A stretch of DNA of 62,207 bases, the filler included, from Hausera hauseri (taxonomy: Eukaryota): NCBI GenBank assembly GCA_046269625.1. It is 8 parts of 8 records of this genome, joined end to end, with 100 filler letters (N's around TTAATTAATTAA, not from the genome) between each part and the next. Parts side by side here need not be neighbours in the genome. Positions count along the whole stretch, not along the records: positions 39,240 to 57,660 come from JBJURY010155532.1; positions 57,761 to 62,207 come from JBJURY010577116.1; 6 more parts are not named here. One strand, written 5' to 3'. Each line of letters begins with the position of its first letter. The first letter of the stretch is position 1. Below the pieces are notes generated by a model, which saw only the letters and a program-made list of their open reading frames with translations, ran no database searches and was not told the DNA's origin. Below are positions 50,326 to 62,207 of the stretch, piece after piece. The translations under genes and the position numbers were made by a program.

Positions 50326-53300
50326 AGCTACGCAATGTTGAAAAAAAAATCATAACTGTTTATGATTATTTACTAATCAAATAGAAAATCAGAAGCGCTA
50401 GACCTAAGAAAGTGCATTATCCCCATTTATTCAAGGTTGTTCTGTTAATGCCTAATGACAGTGCCGTAAATGGCATTTAAGTTAACTCGTGGAGGTCTGT
50501 GGTTGTGGAAATAGAGTTTTTTTGGAAAACCGTTTATCACTTGAATAGATCCTTTCCATTTACCATTTAGCTCGTTTTTAAAGCATTTAAATTCTATTTC
50601 AATTACCATCCGCATTACCCTTGTATAACTGTTGAAAATATCAATAGGCTTTTTCGAAAATATTGTATTAAATAAAGTCAACAGTAAAAACACAAGTTTT
50701 TTTTCTAGTACTAAGTGTGACACAAATATAGTAGCCATGAGCCTTTTTAAATTACTGCTAAAAAAAAAGGCCTTGGTCCGGTCACTTACAAAAAATAACG
50801 GTGCAAATGGAAAAGTCACGGGTCAATACTTAATATAGTGTCCGGTTGGAACGCAAAATATGTCACTAAGATCTGGGGTTTTATTATTTAATGAATAGTC
50901 CTGGCCTCTGCTGACAAGTTTTCTTTGTGTGTCATGCGTCAATAATTTTGATATAATGTACACCACAAATAGAAAGTATAACGGCTGCAAATGCGGTTTC
51001 AAATCCCGGCAAAAGTTTATTTTATAATGCAAGTTACGTTCTAAGACCAGTTATGAGCATTCTAGTATCCTTATACAACCCTTCGCGTACCACAACCATA
51101 TTATGGTATAAAAAATTGCGGACTAAGAGCACGTGGTGGATAAAACCAAGATAGGATAAAGTATTAGAAGCGTCACGGGTGGCTCATTTTAAATCTCTTT
51201 CAAATCTTTGTGTGGCTCTCATGATTTTCATATGAAATGCAATCGGTGTGAGTGTATACCCTCTATACACTGTTTACTAAGAATAGACCTAGTTTAAATT
51301 ACGGCTGCTAGTATAGTTTCGAGCTCTTGCATTAGGACCCGTTTATTACTAATTCTGGCTAATACTTCTTCCATAAAATAAGATTATTAATTATGAAATA
51401 TATATATATCTAAATATATTAATTTGTTATTTATGGTAAGGTAAATAAATACATAGTTTTCGCTTTATTTAAGAATTTGACAATAAGTAAATATCTTCGC
51501 CAAGTTGCCGACCAATAAAAGGATTATTAAGAAGCATTTTTTTCTAAACTCAAAAATAAATGGGTGTCTGCAGTCGAGGAAAGATTAATATTTCATCTGC
51601 TTTAGTGCTTAGATTTTACGTTACTTAGTTGACTTCATCCCACATTTGTAGTATCAATAAATTTTTCCAAACTATAATCTGTCCAGTTTTGATCAGCGGC
51701 CAGGGACGTTTTTTTTTTTCGCTTGGCGTCTGAGTAATCCCCGCCCGGGTAACATCAAACGAGCCGACAAAAATATAACGAATAGAAAGAGAAGGGGCGG
51801 TGCTGGGAAAGAGCGAAATCGGTCTTTCCCCTTTTTTTATCATTGCTATTTTACCACTGCCCTTATCTTCCAGTGTACTAGACTTTATTGTGATGTTCTT
51901 AATCACTAGTTTTTCTTGTTTTTCTCTTAACCGGTCAATCAGTCATAGTTCAATTGGGGAAGATAGGGATGGGGATGGGAGTTGTAGACTAAGATGTACT
52001 CTGTAACTGCGCAACTTGTACACGTTAGTCTAATATTACAATGTAGTCCCATGTTTCTCTTTCAACTAATCCATAAAAAATAGATACATTTTTTAAGTTC
52101 TCATATTAAGAGATAGAGAAATCGTGTAACATTTATTTAATGAATGATGTTTTAAAAGTGCGCTACATAATCTTTAGTGTTTGAGTGATAATGTGCACTC
52201 CCTTTTATGCTTACTTTACAATGAAATTATTATAATATTTTAAACAATGGGCTAATAAAGTTGTGGTATTTTTGTCATGTCAACTTTAGTGTCTAAAGAC
52301 AGGTTTCCCAAAACCACCATTGTTTAAAGTTCTTCCTATCTAGAACTTTCTTTGCTTATCATGTCAAATATTGTTAGCCACAATGCAGTTGTTATTCAAG
52401 TACGACTTATCATTTTTTTTTAGCCTTCCAAATGCTTTAAAAGAGTTCGAAAATGCTAACTAGTCTAATATTTTACCAGCTGAAATTTCTATCTGTGTGT
52501 GACAATGGTCAGCATTTTCTATGTAATGTAAGCTTTAAGTAATGAGATTGGAGGTTTTAAATACAATCTCAAACTCCATCACCAAATTCATCTAGTATAG
52601 AGGGTCGCGGTCGAACAGATGTGGCCGGCCGTGCCTTATTCCAGGGGCGGCTTTAGGCATTTGATAACTGTGTGCATGCACTGGGCCACCATGCTAATGG
52701 GATCTCCAAACCCACTTGCTGCTACCTCCAAGGGGCCTCCAAATCACAAATACCATCAAATTCCCATATGTATAGGGCCACCAATTTCTTATTGGCACCG
52801 CCCCTGCTTACTCAGTCCTTAAATGGCCCTTGAAACACTAAACAATGCGGAGACTGGTGTCTCCTCCTGTGTTGAATCTATTTTAACTGCTTTAGAAAAC
52901 TGGTACCCGTAAATCACTGGTTCCCAACCTTTACAATCTCATGCACCCTTAATCGGAAGATCAGGTTGTCGCGTACCATTTCTAAGGTGATCATTTTAAT
53001 GTGCATTCTGTTTCGCTGGCTTTTTAAAAACTAAAATGATAACGTTAGTAGTCTAGCTATAAAAGATGATGAGGGGACCACGTACCCACTGGCGTTAGTG
53101 TTTGTACCCCTGGGGGTAAGCGTACCGCGGACTGGGAACAACTGTTGTAGATTATTGTTGTCGTAATATTTATCAGCTGTTTCTATTGTGAAACGTTTCC
53201 CATGAGTTCTTCATAAGATGATTCCATCAGTTGATGTAGTCTTATTCTTAAAACTTTATCCTATTACATCTTATTTCATTTATTTGCATTCATATTTTAA

Positions 53301-53403
53301 GGTAGCATTGCTGACTTAATTAATTTATTGCCCATCCCATTGAATGCCTTGATACAAAAAAGTTGTCACAATAGGTTTGCTTGTTTTTAATCTTTTCAGT
53401 AAA

Positions 53404-53757
53404 GCAGCATTCACACATTGCAGGGCGTTGATCACTGGGGCGTAAAAAAACTTTACCCGCGGGTGTTGAAAAAAATTAGCTACCTACCTGCCCTCCCCAC
53501 CCCTGACCAGTCTAAAACAGAGAAAACATACATTTAAATAGCCTGTTACGTAGCTAGCCGGTGTAAACATCTGGGTAAGACAGCATTCACACATTGCAGG
53601 GTGTTGATCACTGGGGCGTAAAAAAACTTTACCCGCGGGTGTTGAACAAATTAGCTTCCTGCCTGCCCTCCCCACCTCCGACTAGCCTAAAACAGAGAAA
53701 ACACACATTTAAACAAGCCTGTTACGCAGCTAACCGGTGTAAACATCTGGGTAAGAC
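53404..53757. repeat. Direct tandem duplication, about 176 bp x 2
   Basis: CAGCATTCACACATTGCAGGG...GTAAACATCTGGGTAAGA occurs twice. Confidence 0.9.
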
Positions 53758-54999
53758 TAAAGGAATGGGGAAAGATAGAGATAATGTGATTTTTATGGAA
53801 CGCGTGGACCAAAATGTTAATTTCTTGCCGACATCGTTATACGACAAATTGTAACAGCCAAACCGAGTCTATAGATTATTAGATATATTGCGAAATCTAT
53901 AATAACAGTCACAATTTTTATACAATAATCTTTTTTGGAATTTTAGCTTTTTTACTGTTGATTCCACGTATATAAATAAAATGCATTTCTCTTGAACACA
54001 CCAAAGCGGCCTACTTTAGACAGTACTCTAACCTTGCTTTACGATCAGTACAAACAGTCGCATTTTTACTTTTCGAGAATGTGCAACATTAGCGACCCTT
54101 ACTTTTAATCGCTCAGTGAAATTATGAAAAATCACTGAGAAACACACATGTGGTTTAAAGAATGGCTGGAAGGGACCTTTGCATTCTTCAGTTTAAAGTT
54201 CTTTAGGATGCGGTCACATGTAGCAAGAAATCATTCTAATGTGAATGTGACCCGGAAGCTGAAACTTAAATAATAGGCCTTATACGTTACGTTTTTATTA
54301 GTTTTATATATATTTTACAATAAACAGAAAATTGTGGAGAAACAAGATACTGAAGCTTTAACAGTGCGGCTTGCGAGCTGTTTATTCTTTTGCAATGAGG
54401 TCCAACAACTGAAAGGCTTTCTTGTCACTGGCTCAGTATAAATTTTGGACTAGAATTTGCAAAGTAAAGAAGCGCAAATCTGTATATATATATTTTTTTT
54501 CAATTCTTTTTATATTTTATTAGTGACTGTTAAAATGTGCTAAGAATATGGCAACAATAAAATATAGGTTTGATGATGGCTTTCTAATATACTCGTATAC
54601 CTCTACGAAACGACTACATAATATAACAAGCGCTTTTATGTTTTATAGTACTGATAATTTTGAAAGACTTTTTCCGATTCTGTGCATAAGCAGGACTGAA
54701 TAAAAAAAAAATACAAGATAGTTTAATCCTTGAAGACTTTCGCGGTGGGTAGAAAGATCTCGGTTGAATTGGTTAGTCTGACCTGAAACCTAAGGTCACG
54801 GCCCTACCCCTTCTACCACAGCACGCACAAAATAATCAGCGCTATGCATTCAAGCTTAGAATCGGACCTAGCATTAACGGTGTGACAAGGGGTATGCGGG
54901 GCCGCACCAAGCATCAAGCAAAGGTACTCCGCGATCGGATATTTCTATGAAGGGTACGTGAAGTTGAAAAGGTTGGGAAACACTGCACTACGTCAATAA

Positions 55000-55285
55000 T
55001 CATATTCTCTACGTCTGCCGTCATACCCCATAAGTTTTTCTGTTATATCCTCTACGCCAGCCATTATACCCCAAACTTCTGCCATCATATGCTATAAGTC
55101 TTCCATCATATCCTCTACGTATGTCATCATATGCTTTACATCTGCCACCATACCCCAAACGTGTGCTATACGTCTGTCATCATATCCTCTACGTCTGCCA
55201 TCATACCTAATATTTCTGCCATCTTATGCTATACGTCTGTCTTATATGATATGCGTCTGTCATAACTAAAGTCTACATCTGCTAT
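55000..55285. repeat. Degenerate minisatellite, about 21-bp unit (ATATCCTCTACGTCTGCCATC)
   Basis: Directly visible. Confidence 0.8.
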
Positions 55286-57660
55286 ACCTCTTTCAATAAA
55301 ACATTAACCGGTTTCAACAAAACTAATTATGGTGTCTATTAAATTGGAAAGTTTGTGTAAAATTAAATGTTAACGTGACTTACATATTGCATTTAATTTA
55401 ATTTAATTTATTTGTTAGAATATTTATAACAATTTAGGGACCTACTCTAAAAAGTCGCAGACGAAGCACATCGAACTTTGGCAAGCGATCGTTGGCCACT
55501 TTACAAATTGATTAGCCAATGTCGGTAATAAAGAACAAGTTCGGGATTTAGTCAGCTTAGCTTGCCACTTTGTATATCGTTTGGTCATTCTGTGATGTGA
55601 CCAAACTTCGGGCTTTGGCCTTAAAATATACATAAGGAAGTGTTGAAATGGATTTGCTGCTTACATAATGTGTGTTTTTGTGTATGTTTGTCTGTGTACA
55701 GTCATCAATTGAATAAATTCAACATCAGTGGGCTAAGGGCAGTTTATGGCTTGCTATGCTGCCATTAAAAACTTATTTAAAGTGTGGATTTTTTCAAGGG
55801 TTAATTATGCTTCTTAGATGGGTCTGCTGAAAATGATTATCTAGCATTACCACATACTTAACGGAGGCTAGGCGTTAGACTGATCAGTTACCTTCTTATG
55901 CGACCTACTCGCAGTAAAAATTATAGGCCTAGTCAACTCTTTCGTATCAGCCGCCATGGCACATCCCATAAAGACGGCAGTTTTATTCTACTTATAGTAA
56001 AATATAACATGTTTGTCCTTGTTAATTGTAATGAATGAAAAAGATTTTAATAAGCTGAAAACGAATAATTGTTCGAAAAACAGATCCAGTTTTTTCTCTT
56101 ATCAAATAGTAAAGCTGTTTTTAGTTTGTCCTTAATAAGGGGTGGCGAAATCTCACGACAGGGCGGCTCTATGCTCCTACTGACCATGTGCAAACAAAAT
56201 AACATGTGCTCCATTACATTGGATTTTGTTGACTCTTACTATTAGTGGTCTCTAGTACCCGGTATATGAAAGCCAATGAAATTTTGCGGCCTCAGTGATA
56301 TGACGGCCCTGTGGAGGCGAGCAGTTTACACATGCCTAGAGCCACCCCTGCTACCGACACTCACAAGAACTGGGCTGTATTAAAAATGTAAGCAATGTGT
56401 TTAAGTCCCACCCATGTCTACCATAAAACATTATAACAGGGATTGACCTCTGTCATGTGAGGTCAGCTTATGGCCAATCCAACATGTGTTTTACCACTAG
56501 ACAAATAGGCCTCACAAACCACACCCTTTTAAGTCTGGGGGTGGAGTCAAACCTACTGGTTCACTAAAAAAAACATTTGAAATAACATAACTGACAATTG
56601 TATATCTTCTCTAATGTCCAGGAAAAATATAACAAACGAACGCGACTTGTTCTGATGTAATTATACGTTTATACTTTAGGTGCACTATCAATAAACATAT
56701 TTTTAATAACAACATGTGTAATTAATATTGAAATTCAATATAAAAGCTTAACCAAATTAATAGTAACCATAATACATATAATTTGTGACCCGTATAACAC
56801 TTTTTTAAAATCCCAAGTTGGAGGACACATAAGGATTTTATATGTCCCTCAACGTGATATATATGCGCAAAAAGAAGAAAAAGTGAATAAAAGCCTTTTC
56901 TTACAAAAAAACATCGTATTTTCGCTTAATATTATAAAAGATACATACATTATATTATATAAACTTCATTTCAGTTCATTATAAATGCGTGTTCTTCTAA
57001 AATCGCGTATAGAAAATAGTTGGTAAAAAAATCATTTATATATCCCGAGACAAAAAAATATATGTTTTATAAATCATTAAATGCCGGGAATAAAAACTGT
57101 TATGACACGAATTATTAATTATTATGAATGGTTTTATGTTTATTATATGCAAGAAATACTTTCAATTTAAGAATTTAAGAAATATTTGACTTTAAAAAAA
57201 AAAAGACAATAATAGATACCTGTGTTACGAAACCAAGAGAGACACGCATCAATCATCATAGAAAGGAATTTGCTTCCTCGATCGACAATAAGACATCATA
57301 AACAAACAGGTTTGAAGAGGAGTGGCGACAATTTAAGAACATCATCTTAAATGCTGTGAAAAGGTTTTCTAAGAAATAATTTTAATGTCTTCGATTGTTT
57401 CAGAATTCTGTTCAGATTTATTCAACAAATTCAAACAGTTGTTAGAAAAACCGTTGAAAACATGGAGATTTAATACCGGTCTTAGTTTAGGAGGATCGTT
57501 TATTTGTTTTGCAGAAAATGGCCATATGCTGCATATGTTCATTAGTGTGAGATTAATATGTATTAATCATAGATCTATAGGAAGCAATTATGGACCGGGC
57601 TTTTGTGGGTCCTGAATCGCAAGTGGCATTTAAAAAAGGCTTTTGTAAACTTAAGAACAA

Positions 57661-57760
57661 NNNNNNNNNNNNNNNNNNNNNNNNNNNNNNNNNNNNNNNN
57701 NNNNTTAATTAATTAANNNNNNNNNNNNNNNNNNNNNNNNNNNNNNNNNNNNNNNNNNNN
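57661..57760. other. Artificial contig spacer
   Basis: Same linker. Confidence 0.97.
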
Positions 57761-58150
57761 TTCAAGATGTGAGAGAAATAATGATGTTGCGTTGGGGCTA
57801 CCTAATCTGTTTGACTATACCACGTTTCGTTAAAAAGAAAAGGGATGTTCGATGTAGCGAATACAATTAATTCTCGAAAAGCAGCAGGACAGAGTTTGTT
57901 AGGATCCCATGATACCACCCATAAATTGCAGCATATATCAATTGTTTTAAGTAGAGGAACATTAGGAAAAAGACTTGTGACGCCAAAATATACTAATAAA
58001 TCATCAGAAAAGCATTCAGTATTCACTATAAATTTCATAAATTCAAGTGAATCTGTACATTCGTTAGGATTCTTTAGTTTTGGCTTTATCAATGCATCTA
58101 AAAATTTTGTTAGTATACTGGGAATTGGATTTAATGTGAGGTGGGTTAGT
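57761..58150 (-). mobile_element. Penelope-like reverse transcriptase fragment
   Basis: LVYFGVTSLFPNVP (SFDVTSLFTNVP) and FLFNETWYSQTD. Confidence 0.8.
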
Positions 58151-58644
58151 GTGTAAGCACAATGCATTGCGTCACAGAGTTTACCTTATTAATAATTTGT
58201 TTATTTTTTAAGCTGTTTTCCAGTTTCTGATCATGACGCTAATTCCATCGAAATTAATCAAATGTATAACGTTAAAATATCGTACAGTTTTATATATATC
58301 GATAATGTTTAGATATCAAAATATTGCATTCATAACATTAATTTGTTTTCACAATACTTACATTTTAACTTTCATCATATTTTGTAAATATTCAATGTAA
58401 GAAACATTAACAACTTGTATTATAGAAAATAATTCATATAATTTTACAATGACTTTGGTGGAACTTACATTTTTGAATTCTGAACCCAAATTAACTCTTT
58501 AGATATTGAAATGTTCTGTCATTCATATTGAAAGAATTAAAATATTTCTATGGTGATTCTACACAAATTCTGGCATTTGATTCTAATTATATCTGTTTAT
58601 GAATAAATGCCTGACAATACTTCAGTTTATTTCCACGTTTCATA

Positions 58645-59914
58645 CACAGTGTATTCAAAAAGTTCCGGAACAAATCAAACAGAAAATATACGTATAATTG
58701 ATATCAGGCTTCTATATAGTCCCCCCCCCAATTCGATACGCTTCTTGGAACGAGTATACAGGTTCGTAAACGCCTTCTGAAAAGCTTCTGATCCAATACT
58801 GTTAAGTTCTTTTGTCACCGCCGCTTCGATCGCTTCCGCCGATTCGTACCGCTGTCCCTTCATCTTCAGTTTTAACTTGTTAAACAAAAAGAAGTCCGGC
58901 AGGGATAGATCTGGAGAGTATGGGGGTGGTCGATGCAAGCAACCTTCTTCCTTGCCAAAAATTGCTGCACAAGGATGGACTTGTGAGATGATGCATTGTC
59001 ATGCAATAAGAACCAATTCCTATCATCCAGCAATTCGGGTCTCACACGCCGCATCCTTTTCAAAAGCTGATCCAAAACATCTTTATAGAATATCCCAGTC
59101 ATAGTAGAATCATGACGCAGAAACTCTCGATGAATGATGCCCCTACTATCGAAAAAGGTGATCAACATTGTTTTGGTTTTTGATTTAGAAGCGCGAACTT
59201 TCATCGGCCGGCTTTTTTCCGGACTCGTCCATTCAGCACTTTGGCGTTTTGGTTCCGGATCATATTTGAGACACCACGATTCGTCTCCGGTGGCAATGTT
59301 TTGCAATAAATTGGGATCCTCACCGGACATGGCAATCAAATCCTTGGAGGAGGAAATTCTGTTTTTTTTGCTTGGAAGTGAGAGTGCAGCACAAAGCGCA
59401 CAGAGAGCTTCTTTTTATTCAAATCTTCCGTCATGATCGTAAAAACTGTTCTCACACTCAAGTTTAACGACTCGGCAATAATCTGACCTCACCAACGCTT
59501 GCACACAGTCAACATTTTCCTAATTTCGACTCGAACATGAACGACCCGATCTCTCATCATCTTCTGTCGATTCTCTTCCAACTTTAAACCTCGAAAACCG
59601 CTCAAACACTCATGAACGACTCATAGTATCATCACCGTATGCCGATTTAATCATTTCGTACGTCTCTGTAGCTGATTTGCCTCATTTAAAGCAAAAGTTA
59701 ATGTTCGTTCTTTGCTCCATTTTTTCCGACGATAAGAACACACAGACGTTATACACAAATGAACGCAGACAAGTCTGAACTTGTCAGAAATGACCGAAAC
59801 TTTTTATAGGCATGGCTGAAAGTTGTTTCTACGTGATACCGTTTGTCGGGTAGAGTTATCACTACATTTACCGTTTTACGAGCGGCAGTCCTGGAACTTT
59901 CTGAATACACTGTG
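58645..59914 (-). mobile_element. Full-length mariner (DD34D) element with a pseudogenised transposase
   Basis: TIRs CACAGTGTATTCA(A/G)AAAGTTCC, TA TSDs; TGDESW, LHDNA, PPYSPDL..PDFFLF; stops and frameshifts. Confidence 0.95.
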
Positions 59915-62207
59915 TATTGTATATTGGACCTTTTTAGAATATGAAGTTTAAATGATACCATTTAGAAAGCATAGCAAATAGTGCTTCATTAATATTTTTG
60001 TCTCAAGACATTGTGAATACAGTATTCCGATTTCTATAAATGAAAAATTTTATAAAATTACTCTTCTGATTTTCACATGAGTATAATTTCAGCTGACAAA
60101 ATGAATAAGTATTTGAATATAATTTCAATAGAAATATTGACTTTTATAAAATGTTGTTAATGGATTGAGAATTGTACATCATCGGGAGATTTTTGAATGC
60201 TCTATGATGATATGTAATGACCTTAAGGTAGTGTTTTGAACTATTTTTTTAAAGTTGCAATCAAATAAAGGTTACAATTTTTAGCGAAAAGTTAAAAAGC
60301 GGTTCGGCCGGCCAAGAAGGTGTACAACGAGTACCCAATAAACTTCGTGCCGCAAGTGGTGATGGTCGAACTGGCCAGTCCAATGCGAAAATCTATGATA
60401 ATGGGCCTTATGATACCGGATCGGAGTTATAAGTATCTCTATGTTGTAAAGTTCAATTATTCATTTCACTCTGTTACTGCATACAATCATGTTATTTGCA
60501 AATGGCTGTGAATACTACCATGATTTATATTCCAAATTTGTGATAAAATGCATATCAAGGTTTTTGATAAATTTACACCTTGCGATTCTTTATTCTTTTC
60601 GTAATGTCTGATGTTAAGGCGGGTAGATTTTAAGTGCTGAAGAATAACAGCCGCGAGTACGAAGCATTCACGTGTTTCTCGACTGCCAGAAACCGCTCGG
60701 CCAATCGTTTCCCTGTCATTTCAAATAAATGTACAGACTGTCGCCACTCATATCAGCTCGTCTTTTGCGATCTTCTTTTCGCGTGACATCCTTATCTCTT
60801 ACTTCCCTTTTTCTACGTTATCTGTCTGTCTGTTTGAAACTCCCGCCCACGTTGGCGGTTGGAATTAAATAAAGAGTAGACCTAACGGCCGCTGTTCGGG
60901 AAAATTCTAGAAAAAATCTACCTCCAGGGCAGAAATGTAAAAAGGCAATACTGCCTATTTCTCAACCCTGGTTAAATAAAGATCTTATCTATCTTATCTT
61001 ATCCAGTAAAAACTTTCCTTAATGCCTTAATCTTTAGGTAAACAGAAGTGAGTAGTGACATTGGACAAGTAATATAATGTGCTAACACTTTGACAAATTC
61101 CACGCTCTGCCACTGATGAGCACGGGTTTTGCTGTCTTATGATACCAGTTTAATGTTGCTGTTAAGACTGAGATACCATGACAACAGCGTTAGGCATGCT
61201 ATATAGTGGAACCGTCAGCGACTGAGGAGCGTCGGAGAGACCAATAAAAGCACAAAGAAAGTAATTGAGCACATATGTGATGGAAAGAAAAAAAAACGAT
61301 TAAAGTTACTTGAATGACAGAAAGGGAGATTTGCGATAATAGCCGTATGCTTCGTTAATGAAATCAGTATGAATTATCATCATTGTTGTTATTGTTGTGA
61401 CGTTTGTTTCGTTTCGTGTGTAATAATGCCTTAAAAAAACGCAATGAGGCACTAAAAGTGGAATTCATGTTCATCCAAGAAAACCATGATGAAAATACCA
61501 AACAGTTTGAGGGAGGGTTTTCTCCATTGCCAGTGGAGGAAGGACTTCGACAGAAGAGCACAGTGGTACGCAGAAATACTAAGATTCTTTTTTTTTGTCC
61601 TTCTTCCTTTATATCGCCCTCCTCACAACCGGTCTGTAAGATTCTGTGGCTCTAGTCAGCTCGCCCGCTTCTCTCAAGTTCAGTTCTCCGTGATGTCTTG
61701 TGTCCAACGTTGTCGTGGTTTTCCCTTGCCTCTTGTGCCAGGAATACTATTCTCGTGTGGTTAACACTGGATGGGTCTACTTCTCGGGACTCCCTTACTT
61801 GGTCGACAGTCGAGAACTCAGAAGTAACGAAATAGACCTACTAGCAGGAAAAAAATGTAGACTTTGTAAACAGCAAGGTTACTGTCATCTCTTCCTGCAC
61901 TCGATCGGTTGAAGTTGTCCATAGTGAATTATGCCATGCAACTCTTTTCGCTATTCTAATTTGTGACAGAAGTAGATTGCCCTAAAATAGGCATTAGATG
62001 AAGCATAGCGGGAGCCGTGTCATTCGGATGTGGATGCAAATATTGTGGATCGCGACGCAATGAGAAGAGACAGAGCCCAGATAGGCATGTCTCTCACAGA
62101 GACATTGCAGAGAACTATAGAAGGACATGGAAATAAACAGCGAAAGACAGAAATGAGTGTCTCGATGAGATAAAAGAAACCATTTCTGTGGCCATAAAGA
62201 TCAGAAT

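Noticed and set aside
41311-55633. Short ORFs (60-125 aa) in the large non-coding contig
   Set aside because: They overlap MITEs, SINEs and duplications and show no protein motifs.
57230-57375. LINE ORF2 remnant (EEEWRQFKNIILNAV)
   Set aside because: Too short to support a family call.

Overview
Eukaryotic (animal-like, AT-rich) genomic DNA made of eight unrelated contigs joined by artificial 100-nt spacers (44 N + TTAATTAATTAA + 44 N), so adjacency across spacers means nothing. The only apparently intact cellular gene is a large synaptojanin exon (36.7-39.1 kb, minus strand). The rest is mostly decayed mobile DNA: Ty3/Gypsy LTR retrotransposons with CsRn1/Kabuki-type CHCC Gag knuckles, a Gypsy PR-RT preceded by a chuvirus-like glycoprotein, two Polinton pPolB relics, a probable RLE non-LTR element with two Ulp1 (C48) protease domains, mariner and DD37E transposons, a Penelope RT, a Nin/Deu-type SINE and hAT MITEs. 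Two signals stand out. (1) Three diverged Gypsy copies on three separate contigs each carry a ubiquitin-like (UBL) domain ending in an RLxGG-type motif directly upstream of Gag (UBL-Gag, double CHCC, AAAAAAC-TAA -1 frameshift, Pol). (2) The LTR or flanking regions of these elements are mosaics of host gene fragments (TTC7, CDC5L, HYOU1, ODC, WDR70, eIF3i), including a 972-bp TGT...ACA insert with a 5-bp TSD that carries the TTC7 5' end. All homology calls are by eye from remembered motifs; no searches were run.
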